Part shown: positions 26,396-36,315 of the stretch, piece after piece
How the letters are laid out: each line of letters starts with the position of its first letter
Numbering within the stretch: the first letter of the stretch is position 1
Assembly (NCBI GenBank): GCA_020718645.1
Contig: DYRQ01000002.1
Location: forward strand, 4,781-68,780
Length of the DNA: 64,000 nt
Direction of reading: 5' to 3'
DNA from: Verrucomicrobium spinosum
Lineage (GTDB): Bacteria; Verrucomicrobiota; Verrucomicrobiia; JADLBR01; JAIBCM01
Position numbers and translations under genes: made by a program
The notes under the pieces: generated by a model
Told to the model about the DNA's origin: nothing
Databases searched by the model: none
The model's input: only the letters and a program-made list of their open reading frames with translations

Positions 26396-28630
26396 ATGAA
26401 ACATCTCCAGAAAATCGTAGCGATTATTTCTGTGGTTGTGTTTCAAATCATGGATTCTACAGTGCTGGCAATGGATGTAGATGTAGATGGCATGAGCGAA
26501 GTTTGGCAGAGACTACATACCATTGCTTCGGGCGATCAAAGCTCAGATCTCGACGGGGATGGTCAGACTAACGGAATAGAGGCTGCTGCCGGCACAAACC
26601 CAAGAAACCCGAACGATGTCTTCCGTGTGGAAAGTTTGGATTTTGCAGAGGACTTGTCGGAGGTTACCCTCGTATGGAGAAGTTTTCCGGCTCTCTTTTA
26701 CTCCGTCCAAATGTCTGAAAACCTTCAGGATTGGTCTTTGGTAGGGAGTGTTCTCGGACATTCTGGAGCCAGTCAAACTAGCTTCTCTCTGACTTTGTCG
26801 TCACCGTCTTTACCCAAAGCATTTTTTCGTGTTCTGGCAGATGCAAACTCTAGCCCTGATACGGACGGAGACGGGCTTCAAGATTGGGAAGAGCATCTTC
26901 TACAAACGAGCATCTACATCACAGACACAGACGGCGATGGAATACCTGATGGCGCAGAATTTTCCTATGGACTCAATCCCCTATTAGCAGAGGACGCAGC
27001 GCTGGATGCGGATAGCGACGGACAGTCGAACGGACAAGAATACCAGAACGGAACCAACCCTCAATCCTCCTTGTCCAAAATGCCATCTCCTGCAGTGCGA
27101 TATGCCGTGATAGATTGCGGAGAGGGAGTGGCCATTGATCTCAACGATTCTGGACATGTGTTAGTGTGGAGTGGCTCACCGCGTCAATACCTCTTTGCAG
27201 AGGGAGATCGGGTTGGGTTGAGTAACGAATATCCCGCCTGTGTAGGAAACGATGGCACCGTGGCTGGCCCTAGTCAATTCGACGGCAACGGAGGGGGCAG
27301 AAAAGGTTTTCTGGAAAATTCTGGTTCTTCATTTTACGGTTTCTACAATGATTGGATAAAAGATGAACCTGGTCCGTGTTGGATCAATGACATCAGTTCG
27401 CTAGGCATACAAGTGGGCTCAATAATGGATGATGGTTCGCACCCTTATCCCTGTTATTACTTGCAAGGCGGGCAGGCCATATTGCTCAATACACCTACAG
27501 TGCAAAGCGGGAATCAGTCTTTCAGAGGGGGAGGCTATGCTTCCGCCATACACGAGGGCGGCCCGAATGGGCAGATTGTGGTGGGCATGCTGTTTGATTT
27601 TAGTATAGGAGACTTCGTGCCTGCAATGTGGTTGAATGGGAGTTACACGCTGATGCAAAATAGTTATGAGTCAGCGTATTTATCTGGAGTCAATATGTTC
27701 AAACAAGCAGTGGGTAGCGGAGGGTCACAGGCACTGCTCTGGGACAACGGACAAAAGCCCCTAGGGCATGGCAAAGCATGGGGAATCAATAGTCGTCAAA
27801 AGGATGGGCAATCCCGTCCGTTAATAGTAGGGGGAGATGGTGGCCATCATGAAAAAGATGGTCTTGGCAGCGATGACAAGGGGGTGTTCTGGGAGCAGCC
27901 GGTTCTCGAAGATGGCTCGCTGGATAGTCACTTTGAAGCGTATTATTTCGACGATGTCATAGTGGATAAAAGAACTTGGAATATCAACACGGCTGTAGCC
28001 GTCAACGAAGCATGCCAAGTTGCAGCCTCTGCCACAAACTTACAAACTGGTAAAACACATGCCGTCCTCCTCCTGCCGATCGAGGTAACAGACTTCAAGG
28101 CCGAGGATTATGGGACGGGAATTGAAACATCAGGGGTCTATCGCAAGGTTAACCTACAACCCGGAGATGTAGTTGTTTGGGGGAGATCGCTCGTTTCGGC
28201 AATCGTTAAAGTTCCCAATGGTTTTTCGAATACAATCATAGAACCTAGAATTGTCCAAGATGTTACACCGAATAGAACGCGCAATTTCACAACTCCTACT
28301 TCCCAAGGCCATACTAAAGAAATCATGCAATACCAAAACCAAAAGGTTTTGGATAATGTGCTTGATGAAAGTTGGGTAGAGCTGATTACAATTAGGCGAC
28401 TAGCACAGGATGTATTAATCGAGTCAAGGGATCAGCCTGAGCAGGGTGGAGGACCAGAGCACAGTGGAATAATTATAGCTGATAAGTTTGACGCTTATCT
28501 CCAATGCAATGTTTTTGGTCAAGGGTGGAGCACCTATGGAAAAGTTGAGTGGAGATTTAACGCTAATCTAAGCCGAAGCGGAAGCTCTTGGACTGGCAGT
28601 GCTGCGATTCGGGTGGAAGCGGGCGTTTAA
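26396..28630 (+). CDS. Large secreted protein with thrombospondin-type-3-like Ca-binding repeats (AT-rich island gene)
   Basis: It has a signal peptide (MKHLQKIVAIISVVVFQIMDSTVLA). Repeated D-x-D-x-D-G motifs are present (DLDGDGQTNG, DTDGDGLQDWEE, DTDGDGIPDGAE, DADSDGQSNGQEYQNGTNP). A long Gly/Trp/Asn-rich C-terminal region has no recognisable family. GC content is clearly lower than in the flanks. Confidence 0.6.
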   Translation: MKHLQKIVAIISVVVFQIMDSTVLAMDVDVDGMSEVWQRLHTIASGDQSSDLDGDGQTNGIEAAAGTNPRNPNDVFRVESLDFAEDLSEVTLVWRSFPALFYSVQMSENLQDWSLVGSVLGHSGASQTSFSLTLSSPSLPKAFFRVLADANSSPDTDGDGLQDWEEHLLQTSIYITDTDGDGIPDGAEFSYGLNPLLAEDAALDADSDGQSNGQEYQNGTNPQSSLSKMPSPAVRYAVIDCGEGVAIDLNDSGHVLVWSGSPRQYLFAEGDRVGLSNEYPACVGNDGTVAGPSQFDGNGGGRKGFLENSGSSFYGFYNDWIKDEPGPCWINDISSLGIQVGSIMDDGSHPYPCYYLQGGQAILLNTPTVQSGNQSFRGGGYASAIHEGGPNGQIVVGMLFDFSIGDFVPAMWLNGSYTLMQNSYESAYLSGVNMFKQAVGSGGSQALLWDNGQKPLGHGKAWGINSRQKDGQSRPLIVGGDGGHHEKDGLGSDDKGVFWEQPVLEDGSLDSHFEAYYFDDVIVDKRTWNINTAVAVNEACQVAASATNLQTGKTHAVLLLPIEVTDFKAEDYGTGIETSGVYRKVNLQPGDVVVWGRSLVSAIVKVPNGFSNTIIEPRIVQDVTPNRTRNFTTPTSQGHTKEIMQYQNQKVLDNVLDESWVELITIRRLAQDVLIESRDQPEQGGGPEHSGIIIADKFDAYLQCNVFGQGWSTYGKVEWRFNANLSRSGSSWTGSAAIRVEAGV

Positions 28631-28685
28631 CCGCTGAGGAGCCAGTGATGCAGCCAAACATTCATCCCGTTCAGTTTGTCCCTCA

Positions 28686-29381
28686 ATGAAATCGCGGCAT
28701 ATAATATTTGTCCTATTCATTGCGACGCTCATGCAGAGAAGCATGGCCGCCCAAAATGCTAGTGACATTGGTTTCAATATGAAACCAACCCCGTTTGATG
28801 CCTATGCGGCGGCAACCCAAGATACTTTACCTCGGTTGGAGCCATATTTTCGTGCCTATAAAGAAGCTGAAAAACAGGGCGACAAAGTTCAGAAGGAAGC
28901 CATGCTTCACCAGATCGTTCTTCGCAATACGCTAGAAAACTGGAGATGGCAATTTTACCAATACGGTATACAGAACGAACAGAAACTTTCTGATCGCGAG
29001 CGGGCGGTATGGAAAATGATCAACACGATGTTTGCAGGACGGACTGCACCTCCGAACCCTGAAAACATGCTCCGAATTCCTCCCGAACAAATACGAGAAT
29101 CTATAATTCGAGAAAAAGAAGAGTTCAATAAGACGTTGACGGCTTTTGATAGCGGTAATTTCGGGAACAAGCCACTGCCTACGACTATAACACCGACCGC
29201 AGGTGTGCAAACAACACCCGCTCCATCAGTGGCGACGCCGGTTCAACAGGCCCAAACGGCCATGTCGCCAACGGTGGCGCAAACCCAATCCACGCTGGGC
29301 TTCCCCTTCGTGCCGGTGACAATACTCGCAGCGGTGATCGTGGGAATCGTCCTTTACCTCCTTCGCCGTAAATCGAAGTGA
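28686..29381 (+). CDS. Hypothetical secreted protein with C-terminal TM anchor and basic tail (island gene)
   Basis: It has a signal peptide (MKSRHIIFVLFIATLMQRSMA) and a Thr/Pro/Gln-rich linker. The C-terminus is GFPFVPVTILAAVIVGIVLYLLRRKSK, a hydrophobic helix plus RRK reminiscent of a sorting-signal architecture, but it lacks a PEP motif. Confidence 0.5.
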   Translation: MKSRHIIFVLFIATLMQRSMAAQNASDIGFNMKPTPFDAYAAATQDTLPRLEPYFRAYKEAEKQGDKVQKEAMLHQIVLRNTLENWRWQFYQYGIQNEQKLSDRERAVWKMINTMFAGRTAPPNPENMLRIPPEQIRESIIREKEEFNKTLTAFDSGNFGNKPLPTTITPTAGVQTTPAPSVATPVQQAQTAMSPTVAQTQSTLGFPFVPVTILAAVIVGIVLYLLRRKSK

Positions 29382-29524
29382 AATTTGCAAGCAACGCTGG
29401 TGCGTTTGCCGCGCATAGCGACGAACGCCAGCCCTTGGTCAACCGCCGATGAACCGCTCCAAGGAGGAAGTAGGCGAAGCCTGTTTCAACCACCCCCGAC
29501 GCAGAGTCCGGTATAATCAGGGTC

Positions 29525-30829
29525 TTACTCGCCGTAAAAACCAGCGAGATCCCAGACTTTGCGTCCAGATACAAAAGTGGCCACGGCACGCCCGCGCAGG
29601 GTCTGCCCGTGGAATGGGGTGTTGCGACTCTTACTAGCAGATTGATGTTTGTCCACCGTCCAAGGTGTCTCGGTATCCAAGACAGTGATGTCTGCCTCAG
29701 CGCCTTCGGCCAAAGTGCCTTTGGGGATTTGCAGGAGTTTGGCGGGGTTCATCGTGAGCGCCCGCACGATGTCCATGAGCGGGATGCCATGGCGGTGGTG
29801 GAGATGCTCGAGGAAAAGACCCGCCTCTGTTTCAAGGCCGAGTATGCCGAAGGGTGCTTCCTGGAACTCTACTTCTTTTTCAAAATCGCAGTGCGGCGCG
29901 TGGTCGCTGGCTAATATGTCAATCACCCCTTCACGAAAAGCCTCCACGAGTGCATCGGCATCTGCCTGGGTGCGCAGGGGCGGGTTCATCTTGAAATTCG
30001 TGTCATAACCCTCGAGGCCGGCATCGGTGAGAGCAATGTGGTGGGGGCAGATTTCGCCGCTGATCGGGACGCCGCGGCTGCGGGCTTCGCGGAGGATGCG
30101 GGCACCTCCAGCAGTGGTGACATGCTGGCAGTGGACACGGTGGCGAGTGAGGTCGGCCAGCATGGCGTTGCGTGAGATCATGATTTCCTCAGCGATGGCT
30201 GGCCAGCCATGCAGACCGAGGACGGTGCTCCAGTAGCCTTCATTCATCACGCCATCGGCGGTGAGCGATTCGTCTTGGCAATGGTCGAGGATGGGCAATC
30301 CGACCATGTGGGCATGTTCGAAAGCGCGGCGCATGAGTTCGGCGCTCTGGATGCAACGACCATCGTCACTGAGCGCCACGACACCCGCTTTTTTCAGCGA
30401 GGCAAACGGGGCGAGAACTTCACCTTTTTGACCTTGGGAAAGGCAACCGCAGACCAAGACATGAACGCAGGCTTTTTCTTGGGCCCGCTGCCGGATCCAT
30501 GCCACGGTGCTGGCTGAGTCGGTGACTGGGATGGTGTTGGGCATCGCCAAGATCGTAGTGAAACCGCCAGCGGCGGCAGCGCGGGAGCCAGTTTCTATCG
30601 TTTCCTTGTCCGGGCGCCCAGGTTCGCGCAGGTGGACATGGAGATCAATCAGGCCAGGGCAGACAACCAGACCCGTGGCATCAAACTCCTCCACACCCGA
30701 AAGCCCGCGCAGGGCATTGGGGGAGACGAGGACGCCATCGAGGGCTGCGATGTCGCGGAGGGTATCGGTGCCGGAGGCCGGGTCGAGAACGCGGCCGTTT
30801 TTGATGAGAAGTGGGTGGCTCATGGTCAA
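29525..30829 (-). CDS. pyrC: Dihydroorotase
   Basis: The sequence contains LIKNGRVLDP...GLIDLHVHLREPG, the metal-binding signature of the amidohydrolase family. It lies in a pyrR-pyrB-pyrC operon. Confidence 0.9.
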   Translation of the reverse strand: MTMSHPLLIKNGRVLDPASGTDTLRDIAALDGVLVSPNALRGLSGVEEFDATGLVVCPGLIDLHVHLREPGRPDKETIETGSRAAAAGGFTTILAMPNTIPVTDSASTVAWIRQRAQEKACVHVLVCGCLSQGQKGEVLAPFASLKKAGVVALSDDGRCIQSAELMRRAFEHAHMVGLPILDHCQDESLTADGVMNEGYWSTVLGLHGWPAIAEEIMISRNAMLADLTRHRVHCQHVTTAGGARILREARSRGVPISGEICPHHIALTDAGLEGYDTNFKMNPPLRTQADADALVEAFREGVIDILASDHAPHCDFEKEVEFQEAPFGILGLETEAGLFLEHLHHRHGIPLMDIVRALTMNPAKLLQIPKGTLAEGAEADITVLDTETPWTVDKHQSASKSRNTPFHGQTLRGRAVATFVSGRKVWDLAGFYGE

Positions 30830-31761
30830 TGTTCCAGAGGGGCTTGCCCACCGTTGAGGAGGTAGAGGACGGCCATGCGCACGGCTAGTCCGTTGGTGAC
30901 TTGTTCGAGGATCACCGAGTTGCGCCCGTCGGCCAACTCACTGGCGAGTTCGACCCCGCGGTTGATGGGGCCAGGGTGCATGATGAGTGCATCGGGTTTG
31001 CAGAGGCGGAATCGTTCCGAGGTCAGTCCAAACAGGGCGACAAACTCGCCTATGCTCGGGAAATAAACGGCGCGTTGGCGCTCGTGTTGGATGCGCAGCA
31101 GATAGACCACATCCGCCTTGGGCAACTCCGCCTCGAAATCGTGGCTGATCTCCACGCCCAACTCGCGGAAGGTGTCGGGAAGAAGCGTGGCAGGCCCGCA
31201 GAGCACCACCGTGGCACCTAGTTTGGTCAAGGCATGAATGTTCGATCGGGCGACGCGGCTAAAGAGGATGTCCCCTGAAATCAAGACGCGCAGCTCCGCG
31301 ATGCGACCGCGGTTTTGCAGGATGGTGAAAGTGTCCAGCAGCGCTTGGGTGGGGTGTTCGTGGGCGCCATCTCCTGCGTTGATGACATGGGCTGAGAGGC
31401 GTTCGGCGATGAACTGCGCAGCACCGGCGGCGGCATGGCGGAGGATGATGAACTCGGCATTGAGCGCCTCCAAGTTGCGCACGGTGTCTATGAGAGTTTC
31501 CCCCTTGCGGAAGCTGCTCGAGCTAGCCTCGAAGTCCACCACATCGGCGCTGAGACGCTTGGCAGCCAAGTCGAATGAGATGCGTGTGCGGGTGCTCGGC
31601 TCGGCGAAAAGGTTTACAACAGTTTTACCACGCAGGGCGGGGACTTTTTTAATTTCGCGGGCGATGACATCGCGGAAGGTGCGCGCAGCGGCATGCACCT
31701 CGCCGATTTCCTCGACGCTGAGCGAACGGATATCCAGTAAGTCTTTTTTCTTCCAGCTCAT
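30826..31761 (-). CDS. pyrB: Aspartate carbamoyltransferase catalytic subunit
   Basis: The STRTR motif and the HPxQ-type carbamoyl-phosphate and aspartate binding regions are present. It overlaps pyrC by 4 nt. Confidence 0.95.
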   Translation of the reverse strand: MSWKKKDLLDIRSLSVEEIGEVHAAARTFRDVIAREIKKVPALRGKTVVNLFAEPSTRTRISFDLAAKRLSADVVDFEASSSSFRKGETLIDTVRNLEALNAEFIILRHAAAGAAQFIAERLSAHVINAGDGAHEHPTQALLDTFTILQNRGRIAELRVLISGDILFSRVARSNIHALTKLGATVVLCGPATLLPDTFRELGVEISHDFEAELPKADVVYLLRIQHERQRAVYFPSIGEFVALFGLTSERFRLCKPDALIMHPGPINRGVELASELADGRNSVILEQVTNGLAVRMAVLYLLNGGQAPLEH

Positions 31762-32267
31762 GGGGTGGTGGGGTTCGGGTAGGTGACTACAGCAACAAAG
31801 TCGTCGCGGACTCGGACTTTTTGGTGAAATTCAGTGGTGATATATTTGCCGACGAAATCTGGGGCAATCGGCAGTTCGCGGTGGCCGCGATCCACGAGAA
31901 CGGCAAGGCGTATGGCAGCGGCTCTGCCATAATCTTTGAGCGCGTCGCAAGCGGCTACGACAGTGCGGCCTGAGAAAAGGACGCTGTCGGCGAGGATCAC
32001 GAGGCGTCCATTGATGTCGGTGGGAAGCACGGTGGGCTCGGGGTAAGGGAGTCGTTGGCCGAGGTCATCGCGGTAGAAACTGACATCAATGGACCCAAAA
32101 GCGATGGTGCGTCCCGAGAGGGAAGAGAGTTCGGCTGCGAGAGCTCGGGCGATAGGGACACCGCCTTTTTGGATGCCGAGCAAAACAGCATGGGGATAAT
32201 TAGGTTCCTTGCGGGCAATATCACTGGCCATACGAACGATGGACTCACGGATTTCAGTTTGATCCAT
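31758..32267 (-). CDS. pyrR: Bifunctional pyr operon regulator / uracil phosphoribosyltransferase
   Basis: From ATG 32267 the protein starts MDQTEIRESIVRMASDIARKE and contains the PRPP-binding loop VLLGIQKGGVPIA...VDDVLFSGRT. The 23-codon upstream extension was rejected. Confidence 0.9.
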   Translation of the reverse strand: MDQTEIRESIVRMASDIARKEPNYPHAVLLGIQKGGVPIARALAAELSSLSGRTIAFGSIDVSFYRDDLGQRLPYPEPTVLPTDINGRLVILADSVLFSGRTVVAACDALKDYGRAAAIRLAVLVDRGHRELPIAPDFVGKYITTEFHQKVRVRDDFVAVVTYPNPTTP

Positions 32268-32368
32268 GACTTTGGTGATGGATTCCCCACGGGAAGCGCC
32301 ACCGGATGTTTGGTGGGGTGGTTGGGAAGGGGTCACGGCGTAGTTCAGAGAGAAGGGACGAAGAGAGT

Positions 32369-32593
32369 TTACGCGGCGTTTTTATTATGGTGGGTAGGAG
32401 CTTCCTTGTGGACACGCTCTTGCCTCCAGCGTGCCCTGTGCTGAAAAGTCCAGTCGAGCAGGGCTTTTTCAAAACCGACATCATGGCCGATTTTTTCGCT
32501 TTCGAGCCACTTATGCTTCAAGATTTCTTCACGCTCGGCGAGGAACTCTTGATAGAGCACCGACTTCTTCAGAAGATCGTCAATATCGCTCAT
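32369..32593 (-). CDS. Small conserved hypothetical protein (74 aa)
   Basis: MSDIDDLLKKSVLYQEFLAEREEILKHKWLESEKIGHDVGFEKALLDWTFQHRARWRQE. The KWLESEK.G.D.GFE.AL.DW motif recurs in small proteins of many bacteria, but the family name is not recalled. Confidence 0.4.
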   Translation of the reverse strand: MSDIDDLLKKSVLYQEFLAEREEILKHKWLESEKIGHDVGFEKALLDWTFQHRARWRQERVHKEAPTHHNKNAA

Positions 32594-32734
32594 AGTTTCG
32601 AATGTTTTCCCTAGGGACAATGCCGTGCCACCAACAAGAGTCAAGGGTTAAGGGGTGGGTGTTTACACCCTTTAATTCCCAAGCTCTTTTGACTCATGTA
32701 AGATAACTGATTTTTGTGGTGTTGCAAAATAAAG

Positions 32735-33793
32735 TTATTCTTTTGCCGGCTCGGGGTGGGCTAGTTTAGCCCCGATTTTTTCCATGACTTGCCCGTAGAT
32801 TTTCTCAAGGAGATCTGGGCGTCTTTTGAGTTCTTCGCGTGCGGCTTCCCGGCCTTGGGCGAGCTGTTCTCCACCGTAGGAGAGCCAGGCACCGCGTTTC
32901 TCGATGATGCCGCGATCAATGGCCATATCAATCACCGATCCCTCACGGGAGATGCCTTCGTTGTAGAGGATGTCGAACTCGCACTCGGTGAACGGGGGAG
33001 CGACCTTGTTCTTGACCACTTTGATCTTGGTGCGGTTACCGACGACGGTGCCGTCGGCAGATTTGATTTGGCCGATGCGCCGGACATCCACGCGCACGGA
33101 GGAGTAGAATTTGAGAGCCTTGCCGCCAGTGGTGGTCTCGGGGCTGCCGAACATGACGCCGATTTTGTCGCGGATCTGATTGGTGAAAATACAGATGGTT
33201 TTAGCTCTGGAGATGACGGCGGTCAGCTTGCGCATGGCTTGGCTCATGAGTCGGGCTTGGGCTCCGACTGTGGCATCGCCCATCTGCCCTTCCAGTTCGG
33301 ATTTCGGGGTCAGAGCCGCCACGGAGTCCACTACGATCACATCAATGGCGTTGGACTTGAGGAGGGTCTCGGCGATAGTGAGCGCTTCTTCACCGGAATC
33401 AGGTTGAGAGATGAGAAGTTCTTCCACTTTCACGCCTAGCTTTCTCGCGTAGGCGGTATCGAGGGCATGCTCGGCATCAATGAATGCGGCAACTCCGCCG
33501 CGTTTCTGGGCTTCGGCGATGATAGTGAGTGTGAGGGTGGTTTTGCCCGAAGATTCCGGGCCGAAGACCTCCACGACACGCCCGCGAGGGAATCCGCCAA
33601 CGCCCAAGGCATGATCAATGGAGATGCAGCCTGTGGGGATGACCTCGACCCGCATCCTCGCCTCGGAATCCCCGAGGGTCATGATGGCGCCTTCGCCAAA
33701 CTGTTTGGCGATAGCTTGCAGTGCTAAGTCGAGGTTCTTGTCGCGAACTCCCTGCTTGGTGTCGGACGCTTTTTCAGATTTTTCTTTGGCCAT
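32735..33793 (-). CDS. recA: Recombinase A
   Basis: The sequence contains [16 protein letters not shown] and the Walker A motif GPESSGKTT, with full-length conservation. Confidence 0.97.
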   Translation of the reverse strand: MAKEKSEKASDTKQGVRDKNLDLALQAIAKQFGEGAIMTLGDSEARMRVEVIPTGCISIDHALGVGGFPRGRVVEVFGPESSGKTTLTLTIIAEAQKRGGVAAFIDAEHALDTAYARKLGVKVEELLISQPDSGEEALTIAETLLKSNAIDVIVVDSVAALTPKSELEGQMGDATVGAQARLMSQAMRKLTAVISRAKTICIFTNQIRDKIGVMFGSPETTTGGKALKFYSSVRVDVRRIGQIKSADGTVVGNRTKIKVVKNKVAPPFTECEFDILYNEGISREGSVIDMAIDRGIIEKRGAWLSYGGEQLAQGREAAREELKRRPDLLEKIYGQVMEKIGAKLAHPEPAKE

Positions 33794-33883
33794 AATCTTT
33801 CTTTGGTTGATGTCTCCAACTGTGTTGCAGAATAGAAGTGGAATCCTAGTGGTAACCGCTGTGAGCGCTATTCATTTTTTCGC

Positions 33884-34306
33884 CTATTTTTGGGTGGGGG
33901 CTTGTCCAGGAAACGGGGTAACTGCGCGACAGACCAGAGCCGCTTGCGCCGCGGCGTAGTGTTCGGTATGCGACAGGCTGACCAGTGCTCCGTCGGCACC
34001 TTTGGTGAGGGCGAACTCGAGCGCTTTCGGGCTCAGGATGGCGTAGGGCTCGCCGCTTTCTTTGCGCCCGACCTCGAGGTCGAGCCAGCCCACTTCTTTG
34101 CCGATGCCGGTGCCAAAGCATTTCGAGAGAGCCTCCTTGGCAGCGAAGCGGGCAGCCAGATGTGGCTCAGGCCGTTTCATCGCCAGACAATAGGCGAGTT
34201 CTGCCTCAGTAAAAATGCGTTTTAAAAACCGGTCGCCGAATCGCTCGGAAGCGTCCTTGATGCGGGTGACTTCGACAATGTCGAGGCCGATAGCCACCAA
34301 AGTCAC
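33884..34306 (-). CDS. acpS: Holo-[acyl-carrier-protein] synthase
   Basis: It begins GLDIVEVTRIKDASERFGDRFLKRIFTEAELAYC and is 140 aa. Confidence 0.9.
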   Translation of the reverse strand: MTLVAIGLDIVEVTRIKDASERFGDRFLKRIFTEAELAYCLAMKRPEPHLAARFAAKEALSKCFGTGIGKEVGWLDLEVGRKESGEPYAILSPKALEFALTKGADGALVSLSHTEHYAAAQAALVCRAVTPFPGQAPTQK

Positions 34307-35046
34307 GGGTGGTATCCCTCCAACAGATCCAGCATGTCGGAGACAGCTTTATGGGCGCCCATAAAAATGGCGCGGCTTATGATCGAGTGGCCAATGTTCA
34401 GCTCGTGCAGGTGGGGCACGGTGTAGAGGTAGCGGATGTTGTCGTAGTTGATGCCATGCCCGGCGTTGACTTTGAGCCCGAGGGAATGAGCCAGCGAGGC
34501 TCCTGTCTCGAGGCGGTGGAGTTCCCGCTTGAGGGTTGAAGCCCCTTTGGCATTGGCGAAAGCACCAGTATGCAATTCGACAAAGCGAGCACCGCATTCG
34601 GCAGCCGCGCAGATCTGCTCGGGGTCGGGTGCGATAAAGAGGCTGACCAGAGTCTTGGCCGACTGGAGAGCCAGCACTGTCTTCTTCACGCGGTTGTAGG
34701 CGCCGCAGACATCGAGGCCGCCTTCGGTAGTGACCTCTTCACGGCGCTCGGGCACGAGGCAGGCGTGGGCGGGTTTCAGCTTGAGGGCATAGGCCAGCAT
34801 GGCAGGGGTGACAGCCATCTCGAGGTTGAGCGGAGCTTTGAGTTTGCGCAGTGCAACGATGTCATGGGGTTGCATGTGCCTACAGTCCTCGCGCAGGTGT
34901 GCCGTGATGCCATGGGCTCCGGCCTTGATCGCCTGGCGCGCGAATTCGAGCGGGGAAGGTTCGGGGTGAGCACCGTGAGAGGTGTCGCGGTATCGGGCTT
35001 GTCGCAGCGTGGCGACATGGTCCACATTGACTCCGAGTTTCAGCAT
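34303..35046 (-). CDS. pdxJ: Pyridoxine 5'-phosphate synthase
   Basis: The sequence LGVNVDHVATLRQAR...GAHGITAHLREDRRH identifies the family. It overlaps acpS by 4 nt. Confidence 0.95.
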   Translation of the reverse strand: MLKLGVNVDHVATLRQARYRDTSHGAHPEPSPLEFARQAIKAGAHGITAHLREDCRHMQPHDIVALRKLKAPLNLEMAVTPAMLAYALKLKPAHACLVPERREEVTTEGGLDVCGAYNRVKKTVLALQSAKTLVSLFIAPDPEQICAAAECGARFVELHTGAFANAKGASTLKRELHRLETGASLAHSLGLKVNAGHGINYDNIRYLYTVPHLHELNIGHSIISRAIFMGAHKAVSDMLDLLEGYHP

Positions 35047-35684
35047 AATTTTTTCCTTTTATTCCCAGTGTTTCCGCGGCGGGTGTCAGAGGTCTTCAGC
35101 TTTTTATTCTGCGAATTCGTGGTGGAAGATTCTAGAGTAGGCACCCCATCATCACCGGGGTGCAGGGCGAAAATATCGCGGTATTGACGAAAGTGCCCAT
35201 CGTAATCGAGACCGTAACCGACCACGAATTCTTTGCCGATGTCGAATCCGATCCAGTGGGCTTTCACCTGCACTTGACGGCGAATTTTCTTGCGCAGCAG
35301 CACGCAAATTTTGACCTGTTTGGCGCCGCGTTTCAGCAGTTCGTTTTTGACGGCGTGCAAGGTGAGACCACTGTCGAGAACATCGTCCACCACGAGGACG
35401 CGTTTACCCTCGAAAGTGCCGTGGCAGGAGGAGACCCCTTGCACAGTGCCCGAAGTGGTGGTGGCCGTTCCGTGGTAGCTGGTAACGCGCCAGCACTCGA
35501 AAGGAGGTTGAGTCTTCATGGCTTGGAGCAGGTCGGCCATGAAAAAGAGAGATCCATTCATCAGGCCCACCACGGCGAACGAGTCGTCGCCACTATACTC
35601 CGCATCAATCTCATGAGCCAAATCGCGGATGCGAGCTTGGATAGCGGCACTAGGTATGAGCGGGGTCTGGCGATATTTCTGCAT
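35040..35684 (-). CDS. hpt: Hypoxanthine phosphoribosyltransferase with a roughly 40-aa basic C-terminal extension
   Basis: The HPRT core is conserved (VVGLMNGSLFFMADLL, the PRPP loop VLVVDDVLDSGLTL, GYGLDYDGHFRQYRDIFAL). It is followed by HPGDDGVPTLESSTTNSQNKKLKTSDTRRGNTGNKRKKLC. Confidence 0.9.
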   Translation of the reverse strand: MQKYRQTPLIPSAAIQARIRDLAHEIDAEYSGDDSFAVVGLMNGSLFFMADLLQAMKTQPPFECWRVTSYHGTATTTSGTVQGVSSCHGTFEGKRVLVVDDVLDSGLTLHAVKNELLKRGAKQVKICVLLRKKIRRQVQVKAHWIGFDIGKEFVVGYGLDYDGHFRQYRDIFALHPGDDGVPTLESSTTNSQNKKLKTSDTRRGNTGNKRKKLC

Positions 35685-35685
35685 A

Positions 35686-36315
35686 TCAGCTTTTGCCTGT
35701 CTTGGTGGCTTTGGTCAGTTCCTTGCTGATTTTCTTGGCGAGGTCGCTGTCGCGATTGATGGCTAAGCCCAGCTCCCATGCTTCCTTCGCGCGTTCCCGC
35801 TCTTTTTCCTGTTTGAAGCTCATGCCAGCAAAGTAGCAGATAGCTTGGCGGGTCTGCTCGTCGAAGATTTCGGACACCTTCGGGTCGGCGAGCTGGCCGA
35901 TCAGTATCATGAAATCGGCACGGGCTTCATCGCGGCGGCGGACGAAGGTGGGTAGCATGTAATTATTCACTGCACGAACGAAACGCACGGCGGGATCCCC
36001 GCCAGATTTTTCCACAGCGGCATCCATCATGAGCACGCCTTCTTTCAGGTAGCGCAATTTGGAGGGGCCAGGGAAGGCTTTGCCACTTTTGATCGTCAGC
36101 AAGCTGCCGAGATACACCTCGTAGATGGGTTGGTCGGGATGAGCTGCTATTTTCGCACGGATCAGCTCCTCGGTTTTCTCCACCTCTTCTTTGGTGCCGT
36201 CAATGCTAGTGTCGTGGGCTTGCCGCACAGCAGCCACTTCGGGATCGGCAAATATATCGGCGTGGAGATGCTGCACCCAGAGGAGGGTCAGCGTGGCAAT
36301 GATGGCTGTTTTCAT
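35686..36315 (-). CDS. Hypothetical secreted protein co-transcribed with the iron ABC importer
   Basis: It has a signal peptide (MKTAIIATLTLLWVQHLHA). Its start overlaps the permease stop by 4 nt. No recognisable domain was found. The 157-codon upstream extension in the ORF track was rejected. Confidence 0.5.
   Translation of the reverse strand: MKTAIIATLTLLWVQHLHADIFADPEVAAVRQAHDTSIDGTKEEVEKTEELIRAKIAAHPDQPIYEVYLGSLLTIKSGKAFPGPSKLRYLKEGVLMMDAAVEKSGGDPAVRFVRAVNNYMLPTFVRRRDEARADFMILIGQLADPKVSEIFDEQTRQAICYFAGMSFKQEKERERAKEAWELGLAINRDSDLAKKISKELTKATKTGKS

Noticed and set aside
29382-29524. Possible direct repeat (cccagat-like) at the right edge of the AT-rich island matching the 26181-26200 tandem repeat
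   Set aside because: Only a 7-8 nt partial match exists (atcccagac vs aacccagat). This is too short to call an att-site duplication.
33794-33883. Search for a LexA/SOS box in the recA promoter
   Set aside because: No clear CTGT-N8-ACAG or TGTTC-N4-GAACA-type dyad was found by eye. Not reported as a feature.
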